In this document: piece after piece, positions 1-11,186 of the stretch
How the letters are laid out: every line of letters starts with the position of its first letter
How positions within the stretch are numbered: the first letter of the stretch is position 1
DNA from: Proteromonas lacertae
Taxonomy: Eukaryota
Length of the DNA: 20,000 bases
Assembly (NCBI GenBank): GCA_002245135.1
Contig: NGBS01000320.1
Span: 56,336-76,335, forward strand
Reading direction: 5' to 3'
Notes under the pieces: generated by a model
What the model was told of the DNA's origin: nothing
The model's input: only the letters and a program-made list of their open reading frames with translations
Databases searched by the model: none
Program-made: the position numbers and the translations under genes

Positions 1-2
1 GT

Positions 3-3000
3 GTAGAAAAAGAACCATATAGAAAAGATGAATATTTGATATTTCTACGTGAAATCGCCTGTAATATCAACTGGAGAGTGGAAGAAAATACAAAAGTGAA
101 ATATATTAAATTATTAGGAAATTTTGATCATATTTATAATGAAAGTTTAAAGAGAAATATTAAAAGGAATTATTGTCAAGTTCATGTCAAGACTTCTGAT
201 CCATTAAGTAATCATAATAGTAATAATAATATATTAAACCAACAGTTATTACAGCAGCAGCAACAACAACAACAACCTCCTCCATTATCCTCACAATCAC
301 AATCACATCGACAATCATTAGCTTATGAATATGATAACAATTTTTACTCTTCTAACCCAAACATGTTTGTCACATCTAATACTACTTCCAATACTGTTAA
401 TAATAATAATAATAATAATGACAGAAAATTTAATCTTTATAATAACAATGATAATTATGATGATGATGATGAGGAGGAGGAGGAGGAAGAAGAAGAAGAA
501 GAAGAACATGATGATGATGATGATGATGAATATTCCAACAATCGAACTTCAATTTTTAAAAACTCCAAGTCAATACCAATATTTCAAAATAGAAATTATT
601 CAGCTAATACTAATCAATATAATAATAATAATAATAATAATAATCTAAACAATCAAAAAGATGATAGAAGAAAGTCAATAACAAACAACAACAACAACAA
701 CAGTCAATATAATAATAATTTATCTGATAATGAACCGTTCTATAATAGAAGACCAGCATCACTACTATATCAACAACAACAACAACAATTAATTCAACCT
801 ATTGTATCACATGGCATTAGTAATAATAATATAAATAAATCGATATATAATGATGATTTAATAGATGAAGAAACTGAACCAGAACCTGAATCTCCATATA
901 GTGAAGGTACTCCGTTGAACTATCCAATTACTGATTATGAGACTGATATTGAAATGAAGAATAAGAATAATAAACAAAGACAACAACAAAATACAGTTAT
1001 TCCAATCTATGATGTTGAAGATGATGAATTAGATAATAAGAATAAATCAAAGAGATTATCTAATGGAATAGAATTGGGAATAAGAAGAGAAGGTAATTAT
1101 TTAATTCCACCATCTACATTTATCAATAAACCTCTTACACCTGATCGAAATAGAATTGTTAAAGAAAAAGACTTTAATTCTTCAGAATATGAAGAATCAG
1201 ATGATGAATCAGATTCAGAAAGAGAAAGTGATGATGATTTACTTAGAAAGGAAATTAAATCAAAAATAATGAAGAATCAAAAGCTAAGGAATGATAATTC
1301 TGAGTTTATTAAACCAAATTCAATATTTAAACAATCGGCATTACAACCAAAACAATCGAAAGTACAACCGCAACAATCTCCACCACCTCCACAACAACAA
1401 CAACCAATAGAATCAAATCATTCATCTCATAGAAAGCAATCACATCGTAAAACAAAACCAGTAAAACATCAAAAACAACAGTCACCACCACCACCACTAA
1501 CACTAGTTCAATCTGCATTACCTAAACAAATTCATACACTTCAAAATGAGAATCTTTTAGTATCATCTCCACAATCTCAATCATCTTATTCATCATCTTC
1601 ACCACCACTTGCACCATCAAAATACATACCTAAAAAAAGAAGAAAGAAAATTTTACCACCACAACAAATTATTATACAGCAGAAAGAGATAGAACAACAA
1701 ACACTGGATATGCTTCAAACAGGAAAAATACATCCTAAAAGAAAGAGAAAAAATAGTATTGAAGCAGAAAAGATATCTTTAAAACCACCACAACCTATTA
1801 CGAAAGTGTTACCTATTGTTTCTCAATATTCAGTCCTTCAGTCACAACCAACAAGTAGTGATGTTATTGATGATGAAATAGAGGAAGAAGAAGAAGAGAC
1901 AGAAGAGGAAGGTGTAAATATGAAAGAAAAAGAAGAACTTAATACTCAAAATAATCAGAATAAATTTAATCCTAAAATGGAGAAAGAAGAACCAATTTCA
2001 GAAGGAAATGATGAAGAAGAAATAGCAAAAGAAAAAGAAATAATCAAAGAGAAGGAAATTGTAAAAGAGAATAAAAAGTCGCCAAAAGTTACATCTAAAA
2101 CAATACCCAAAACTGCAACAACAAAACCACAATCAAAAGCTCCTGGAAGAAAGAAATCATCAACCAAATCTCAGGTTAAGGAAATAGAAGAAGAAGAAGA
2201 GGAAGGGAAAAAAGTATCTAATGAATTAGAAATGGAAATAGAACCACTAGAAAAGACTGTCAAATCAAATGAAAAAGAAAAGATAGTAGAAAAGACGAAT
2301 GCTAAGAAAAGAGTATACAATAAGAAAAAGAAAGAAATAAAACCAGAAACTGAAGAAGAAGAAGAAGAAGAAACTCAAGATGAAGAAATAGAAGATAATA
2401 GTAATAATAATAATGAAAAAGATCAAGAAATATTAGAAAAATCAAACAACAAACCAAATACATTATCGAAATCAAGAAGATCGTTGTATAACGAATCACC
2501 TGAAAGGCCAAAATCTAAACGAGTAAGTAGTATTGAACTAAATAAGAAACCTGAATATGATACAAGTGATGATGAAATAATTGTCAGAAGAAATACAATT
2601 CCTAAACAAAAAACGAATAGAAGAAGTAAATCTCTTAACACAACAAAAGAATTGAAAGATATAAAGGAAGTAGAAGATGAAAAAGAAAAAGAAAAAGAAA
2701 AAGAAAAAGAAAAAGAAAAAGAAAAAGAGGAAAAAGAAGAGGAAAAAGAAGAAGAAGTAGAAAAAGAAATAGAGAAAGATGTACTAATAAATCAGCCAAA
2801 ACCAAAAGAAAAGAAAGTTAAAAAGGATGTTTCAAAAGCAAAAGAAACAACTGCAAAACCAACTAAACCTAAAGGTAGAAAAAGTAACAAAAGGAAGAAA
2901 GTTGTTAATGAAAATGATGATGATGATGATATTAAAAAACCAGTTAAACGAAAATCAACCAGTTTACAAGCACAAAGAAAGAAGAAGAAATCTAAGTTTA

Positions 3001-6000
3001 ATGTTTATGATAAATCTGATACTGAATCTGAAGATGATGATGATTTTGTACCAACTTCAATGAGTAGAGAAGATAAAAAGATGATTGACAAAATAGAATC
3101 ACTTTTCAAAGTATCAGAACAAAAATCACAAAATGAGAATGAGAATGAGAATAATGTACATAATAATGATGATGAATATGAACCAGAAGATTCTATTCCA
3201 CCCAAACTACCACCCAAGCCAACAACTACTACCATTGTAACAAAGACAAAGACAAATAAAACACTAACAAATGATAACGTGACAGTAAAAGAAAAAGAAA
3301 AAATTCCAACAAAAGAAACAGTGAATGATAAAAAAGATGAATTAAAGGGAGAAGAAGAAGAAGAAGAAGAAGAAGAAAAGATAGAAAATACAATTGAAGA
3401 AACTGGAAAGCCAGTTGAAGAAAAGAAAGTAGATCTTACACCAGCAAAAGGTAATAATAATATTAACAAGGAGAAAGAGAAAGAGAAAGATGAGGTTAAT
3501 CCTCCACAAGAAGATACTCCCAATAGAACTCTGTTTAAATTAATGGCAGAAAAAGCAAAAAAGACTAAATATACTTATGGATGTATAGTTCGAGATGAGG
3601 AATTTGATAAATCAAAAGAAGCTGATGAATCTGACAAAGTATTCAATACAATTAATCCAGTAATTGATGAAACAGAAAAAGAAAAAGAAAAGAAAAAGAA
3701 AAACAACAGCAATCTACAACAATTAGTAAATCGCCAGTTTTAACAATCACATCAAAGAAGAATGTAGTAATCAATAAGCCAATCTTTAGAAGCAAATTAA
3801 ATCAAAAACAACCAATGTTGACTAGAATACCAAATAGTAAAGTCACATCTCAACCAAAACCAACTTCTCAATCTGCAAGAAAGATACTTAAGCCAACAAT
3901 ATCTCCAGATACATCATTAACAGATATACCACCTCCTTTACCTCCAAGAACTAAACTAATGGATAGAATGAAGGATAAAGAAACAAAATCGAAAGAATTA
4001 ACACTATCTGAAACAAGTATGGAAGAATCAGATGATGATGATATAAATAAGAATAATACCAAACCAAAAACAACAGAATCTGGAACTACTCCAAAACAAG
4101 CTACATTTGAGAATAATGAAGGATTATTAAACAAAGATAAATCACCAAATGAATTGACAATTGATAATATACTTCACAGAGAATCGATAATCAAATCAAA
4201 AAGTTCAAAATTAAATCAATCTAAAGAAACACCATCAAAAACTGCAAAGCCAATAACACCCATACAATCTCTACCAAAATCAAAAGAAACACCGCCAAAT
4301 CAAACTCCAACAAAAGGAAAAGAGACTAATTCTAAAGAATCTACACCAATAGATAGTAGTTCAAGTAGTAAAAAATCTATTAACAAGATAGTATCTCCAA
4401 AAGAATCAAATTCCAAAGAAACAACTCCAAATAGTAAAGAAATTACAACAAAACAATCCAATAGTGATGTGATTGGTAGAAAATCAATTACTATAGTTGT
4501 ATCTCCAAGAGAAACATCATCAAAACCTACAACACCAAAAGATACTCCTCCAAAAGGTAAAGATTCAAATTCTAAACAATCAACACCAAAAGAAACAAGT
4601 AATAGTGAAACCAACAACAAGAAATCAATTGAAAAAGTCACTTCTCCAAGAGAATTAACAACAACAAAGACAATAGGATGTAAAAGACCATTAATGAAAA
4701 TACCAACACAAAAGATAACACAAAACAAAGAGAATAATAACAAGGAAATAGTATCAAATGAAAAAGACAAGCAAAAAGAAAAAGATAAGCAGTTTATATC
4801 TATTCAGCCATTGTTAAAAGCAGCATCCCAAGAAGATAAAGAAATTAATCAAATAATTAGTGAAAAGAATAAAGAAAGTGAAAAGAGGAAAGAAAAGGAG
4901 ATATTAATAGAAAAAGAATTACCTCCTTATATTCAAAAACCCTTACCTCCATTACCAAAGCCAAAACCGATTAATCCAATTCCAAATTTGCCCTCATTAA
5001 TTCCACCAATACTTCCAACAAAAGAACCTGTAAAAACAACAACACTAGAGAAAGAAATAGTGAAAGAAAAGGATGTAGAAAAAGAGAAAGAAAAGGAGCT
5101 GCAAAAGGAGAAAGAGAAGAAAAAAGAATCAGAAAAAATGAAAGTAAATTCTCCCTCTGAATCTCACTCACCTGATTCAAGAAGTCCATCTCCTAATAAT
5201 ATCTTCAGTAAATTTTTACCAAAATCAAATAAAAGTAAAAAAACAGTAAAATCATCATCATTATCACTACCACCACCAGCACAACAACAACAACCAGTAT
5301 CAGAATCTAATCCTCCTTCTCCTTCTCCACCACCACAACAGCAACAATCTCAAAATAATAGAAGAAATAGCAGTGTAATGTCACAACAATCACAACCAAA
5401 GTCATCAACACCTCCTCAAGATTCATCTTCAGAGATATTTGCTATAAACAAAAGAAGGAAAAATCCAATTGCAACTCCTTTCAAACCAACTCAAAATACA
5501 AATATATCCTCTTCTAAATCTTCAACTTCAACAATTTCACATACTCCACCAATGACAACTTTTAAATCTTTATTGCAACCAACAATCCAACCATCATTTA
5601 TTAACTCTCACCATATTACACAAACTGGAACACCCAATGATAGTAGTCAAATAACAGTTCCAAAACCTCTTCATAGTAGTCAATTTCCTCCATCATCATC
5701 ATCATCATCATCTGCAACTACTACTCCATCCACAACACCATCTACTAATTCAACATCAACATCAACAACAAAATCAACTGCATTCTTTAATCTACCTCAA
5801 CCAGCTATTCCAGTGATTGGTAAAAAGTCAAATATATTACAGAGTAGGTTAAAAAGAAATTCACTACCATCAATTAGCTCAAATGCAATTGTTACATCGG
5901 CATTGAATATAACAAAACCAACAAATTTATCTCCGTCTTCATCATTATCACCAAATTTAACTTCTTCTAATTCCCCAATTGAATCACCATCTCAACCACC

Positions 6001-8111
6001 TTTAAATACATATACATTCTCTCCAAATCTCTCAAAAACAGATTTAACAAACACATCATTTGTTCCATCTTATTTATCACTTTCAAACCCTTCATCTCCT
6101 GCATTGCCTCCTACGTCACCTGCATTACCTCCTACATCTCCTACTTTTAATCCTTCAACACCATCAAGTCCATTCTTTTCTTCTAAAAATCTAAATAAAG
6201 ACAGTAGTAATAATATTAACAACATTCAATCATCATCAACGAATTCAATGAATTCTCCAATATTATCACCAACAATTTCTCCACTTCTAGATGCTAATTC
6301 TCCTCCTATGAATATCGAAAAGTCATTACTTTTACCTGAAGCTATGACTTTTGAGGATTTAATCTCACAACCACCACCAACAGCAGTTAATACATCTTCT
6401 TCTTCAACACTATCTGTTAGTGAAACAACATCTACATCAGCATTACCAGATTCAATTATAAATACAACTATAACAACAACAACTACTACTACTACTACAG
6501 ATAATAATAATAACACCAATAAATCTAATAATTCTTCTTCTTCATTACCTTCAGCGACAAATGAAAATAATAATAATAATAATTCACAGTCAAATGCAAT
6601 ATCTTTATCACCATCAGTATCAAGAAAGAATTCAGAATCATTATCAATTCCAAATACACCAACAACTCCTAATAGAAGACCAAGTGTAGCAGATATGGGA
6701 AGTCCATTAAGTCCACTCCCAAGTCTATTAAATGATAAAAAGATAAGTGATGATGAAGAATTCAATGAATTGGTAATTAAATACTGTACAAAAGGCAATA
6801 ATAAGTTTGAATTTGATGAAAATGATGTAGAAATATTGAATAGAATGTTTAATAACAATAATGGTCCAGCTATATCAATCAACCTTTCATTAAAGTGTAT
6901 TTTGATAATGTTAATGTTTTATGTTAAGATGAAAAGACAATACAATCCAAAAGAAGTGGATAATTCAAAAGAAATAGTAAAATCTGATGAAAGTAGTATA
7001 ATGGTATTAAAACACTTATTAAATCTACATAAACTAAAACCTCATCGTTTCTATAGTAATTGCTGGCCAAATTGTTTATTACCTTTCATGAAGAATCATA
7101 TTAAAGATATATATCAAAGTGAAGGCATATCATTAATAGGTAAATTGCATTTGTTATATATTGATATAAATAATGACGCATATCAATATTATAAAGACAT
7201 TAGAGAATGTTTGCATAGTAAAAGTGATTATGATCTTTTAGCCAATGAAATTAATGATAAAGATGAATTAAATGCAATATATCCATCATTACAACCATTA
7301 CAAGATAAATTGTACGAAAAATGTTATATAATGGCTATAAATACAGTTTCTGTTATTGATGCACCTCCTAAAAGAACAAATTGTTTATACAGTATTCAAC
7401 CTGATTTACCACCATTATGTCGATTGAAATGTAAAACTGGAGAAATTATATGTAAATCAGATGTAGTTATACAACCACAAGAATATACAGTTACTTGTGA
7501 GAATAACATTAGTAAAATTACATCAAAATTCAAACTAGAATTTAGAAGTATATATTTATAGATTATTATTATTATTATTATTATTTATAGATTACTGTTT
7601 TCAAGAAAATCACAAAAGTGATGGTATTGACTTATCTAATAAAGGATTAATAATGACTTTAACAAAACCAATAAAAGATCATTATTCACACTGTTATTGT
7701 AACTTAGAACTATGTGATGGAAAATTCGTATTATCAATTAAGAATAAATCCAGTGGTTGTGTAGTGTTTGGAGTTACTCCTAATAACTTATATGAAGGTG
7801 ATGATTTATATAAAGTTGATACAACAAAAGGTATTTCGATGGATAATGAAGGATTGTGTGGTTATACTTTATCTCCCAATATTAAACGTGGTAGAAAGAT
7901 AAAGCCAAATAGAACTTATGAAATACGATTTGATATGAAGCAGAGAGGTCAAACAGGTTCTACAATGACATTGATGTATGATAATACAAATTTTGTGGTA
8001 ATTGATGAGATAACCAGTCCTAGTTATTTTTTCGTTGAAGTGTGTGAAGAAGGATCGTCTTTGACATTTGAATCTGTGATTATAACAAACAAAGGTTGTA
8101 ATAAGGTATAA
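3..8111 (+). CDS. Giant (>2,688 aa, 5'-truncated) low-complexity, largely disordered protein with a C-terminal globular region ending in a SPRY/B30.2-like domain; contains an apparent frameshift at about 3688-3691 and an intron at 7548-7590
   Basis: The frame of ORF 36..3743 is open from position 3, so the true start lies upstream of the window. The frame of ORF 3815..7561 stays open upstream to the GAAAAA repeat (EKQQQSTTISKSPVLTITSKKNVVINKPIFRSKLNQKQPM). A 43-nt GTAT..ATAG intron at 7548-7590 joins in frame to NYCFQENHKSDGIDLSNKGLIM and ORF 7653..8111. 8109-43+1 = 8067 nt, which is divisible by 3. The SPRY call comes from pattern recognition only (IDLSNKGL...VVFGV...YEIRFDM...YFFV). Confidence 0.75.
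2679..2726 (+). repeat. Coding hexanucleotide microsatellite (GAAAAA)8 encoding (EK)8
   Basis: Eight perfect GAAAAA units read directly from the sequence. Confidence 0.9.
3675..3703 (+). repeat. (GAAAAA)n tract with one 5-nt unit (GAAAA, 3687-3691); site of the reading-frame change
   Basis: Units read GAAAAA GAAAAA GAAAA GAAAAA GAAAAA. Confidence 0.9.
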
Positions 8112-8222
8112 TTATGTAATATTTATTTTTTTTGACTGTTTTTATTCATGATTTATTACAAAACAATTATAATTAAAAAAAGTAATATAATTTTTTATAA
8201 AGATAAAAAAGGAAGTATAAAG

Positions 8223-11030
8223 TTATATTTGGAATAATTGTGAAGTAAATTCCTTCCAATTCCATGCTCCATCATTATCTTCTACTTTAGTAAGCATATA
8301 TTTCAAATTCTCACTATCACCAAAGAGTGATTTCAATGTATTGGTTGGAATTACATCATTATTATTCGATAAGCTATTAAAAGCACCACTTACATCTTCT
8401 AATGTCTCTTTATGAGTTAATTGACCCACCATAAAGCGTAAGAATCCATCAAGTTCAACATAACCAACATCTATAAAAATGAATTAATAATAATCTATAA
8501 AACATACTTTCTTTATCCACATCTCTCATATATTGTTTAGCTTCAGCATGTGATGCTTTTAATCCAATACCAGTCAAACATGAATAAAACTCATCTTCAT
8601 TCAATTTTCCATCATGATCTTCATCAAAGAAGTTAAACACTTCTCTTATTTCTTTAATCTGTTCATCAGTTAAACCGACATTATGTTTATTCATTGATTG
8701 GCTAATTTCGTTTACTGTTTCCATATATAATTTTCCTAATTCATTCCATAAGGATGATAAACTGAATATATTTTCACTGGTGTATGGATTCATTATAACT
8801 TTCAATTCTTGTAATTGATTATCCAAATTTTCTGCTTCAGTTAACATGCTTTTATCATTATTATATTCACTTTGCAATTGTTCAATTTGTTTCAATTGAT
8901 CTTCTAATGGCGTTGTATTTGTAGAACTTGTAATTGAACTGATTTGTTTGGATTTTTCATTCACTAAATTAGTGATCTTTATTGCAACTTCAGCAAACTG
9001 TTTCTTCAATGAATCTTTATGCCTTTCACTCTCTAATAATTCCTTTAATTCTTTTAATTTATTATTCAATTTATCTTTCACTCTTTGCTGTCCCATTTCT
9101 AAAGTTTCCATTGGATAAATTGATAAGAAATTCTCTTTATGGTGTAAAGTAATAATTTTACTTTCTTCATGTAATTCCTTCATAATTGAATCAGCTTCAG
9201 TGAATAAGGATGCTTGTGATAATGTGTTAATCATTTTGTCAATTGCTTCAATAGAATCATCGTTTATTGGTTCACTTATTTGTTCTTCAATATCATCTAA
9301 TATGCAGAGATATTTAAATCCATTCTTATTATATTTGGATTGTAATTCAATGAGTGTTTGTTGTTCTTTTAATGCATTTTCTAATTTCTTTTTATATTCA
9401 GCTGCTACATCACATAATCCTTTATACTATATAAATATAATAAAACAATATATATATATATATATATAATACATTATTTTCAATTTGTTTAAGTTTCAAT
9501 ACACATCCATCATAATCTTTATGTTCATTAGTAATATCATTCAATAAATGGGACATCTCGCCAATTATACTTTTCATTCTTTCCATTAATTCATAAGTTG
9601 AATTTAAACTATCTAATCTCGTCTCTATTTCAGTAACTGTATTACCTAAATCAGGATTTTGAAATGATAATAATTTTTCATTTATAAAACTTTCTACTTG
9701 ACTTGCTTTCTGATTGAATTTAGAGATATTATAATCTAATTTCTGGAATCTGATTCTTTCTTTGATTAATCGTTTTTCATACTCTTTTTCTATTGGCTCT
9801 AATTCATTGAATTGTTTAGATACTGTTTCATATTGATATTCTTCTGGTGGAATGAATTCTGGACGATTATTAATCTTAATACTATTTAAATCATAATATA
9901 TCTTATAATTATAATAAGATATATACCTTGATATATAGTTAGTGAATGTTCTATGTAATTCCATTAATTGGCTTGATCGATATGGTTTGCTTTCATGATA
10001 ATAAGAGTTTAACTCCTTCTGTAATGATGTAATATCATCTAAACTCTTTCCTATTGGCTGATTACTGGGTATGGAGTAATTTTGCTTAATTGAGTTAATC
10101 CAGTTGGTTAAATCTTTCATTCCATTTATATACTATTAGTATAGATAAGATATAGTATATACATCAGTTTTAAATTGTTCATGCTTTCGACTAACTTCAA
10201 CTGCGCCATTAATACACTTAATTAAACTTTCTTGTTTATTCATATCAGAGAACTTCTTGAAATATTCAGAGACGTATGTAATGACTGATTTTTCATCAAT
10301 TCCTTCACCTAAAAAGTCAGCTGGTTCCATTAATGGCTTAATGTCTAATTTCTCATGAGCTGAGTTGATAGCTGATTCTAATCGTTCCCTATAATGTAAA
10401 ATATGTAATATATATATATAATACTCTGGTGATTTCTCTTTATATTCTTCATAATCTAACACATCTGAACGATATCTTGAAATTATTCCACAGAGAGCTC
10501 TTCCATCCTTCCAACTGTTTGTGAAATCATCAATTTTAATATCTTCATATCTATAAAGAATGAAAAGATTAATTAATTCAATACTTTTCAACGCTTCTCT
10601 TACACCATAACAATAAACCTTGTTTTCCTGAAATACCATCAATTTCAATGGTTTGTACTTGGAAATGAAGAATTATATTCCATATTAAAGCCAGGATTAT
10701 CTTCTCTTGAGAATCAACTATATCACTGCTTCCGATATTCACCAGTCTGATTTTCTTATTCTCAGTCATGAATTTTAAAGCTTGACCAACATTTTCAAGC
10801 ATGTGAATACGCATTTTGGGTTTCTTGTTATAAGCGCTAAAAATAGAAATATAAATATACGCGCAGACCTGTTCTTCAGATATAATTTCTAGTAAATTAA
10901 TTAATTTCACACCATCTGACAAATCATGGTATAGATCTTCCACATCCATACTTCTCTGGGTAAGATGCTGATTAATCCACTTGGTGAATGTTTTTTTCTG
11001 TAATTCAATCCAATCTGTTTTTGTTGACAT
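8223..11030 (-). CDS. ACTN: Alpha-actinin, 851 aa (CH1-CH2 actin-binding domain, spectrin-repeat rod, C-terminal EF-hands); 7 introns
   Basis: Actinin motifs: QKKTFTKWINQHL, DLSDGVKLINLLEIIS, IRLVNIGSSDIVD, LIWNIILHFQV, LLLWCK, DFTNSWKDGRALCGII, DEKSVITYVSEYF, NNRPEFIPPE, and an EF-hand FDEDHDGKLNEDEF. Introns (+ strand coordinates): 10837-10860, 10551-10584, 10389-10424, 10133-10162, 9882-9926, 9427-9472, 8471-8507. Spliced length is 2556 nt, ending in TAA. Confidence 0.95.
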
Positions 11031-11186
11031 GATTTAAAAAGAAGAATAAAAAGATTCTTTAATTTTGTCAGTTACACAAATAAACACAATATTCTTTGAT
11101 AAAATCCTTCACCAACCATAATAATCGTTTTACAAAACATACCATTCATATTTATATGCAAAAATAAACATTCAAATTATTGCTAA

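Noticed and set aside
318..6882. Many antisense and alternate-frame ORFs (e.g. 318..509, 3005..3523, 4300..4770, 6226..6882)
   Set aside because: They are shadows of trinucleotide-repeat and purine-rich coding sequence (poly-F/L/I/S/V products) with no independent coding signal.
6897..6928. Intron-like GTATTTTG...GTTAAG segment in the hydrophobic stretch CILIMLMFYVK
   Set aside because: It is 32 nt, so splicing would shift the frame into a stop within about 12 codons. The unspliced frame stays open.
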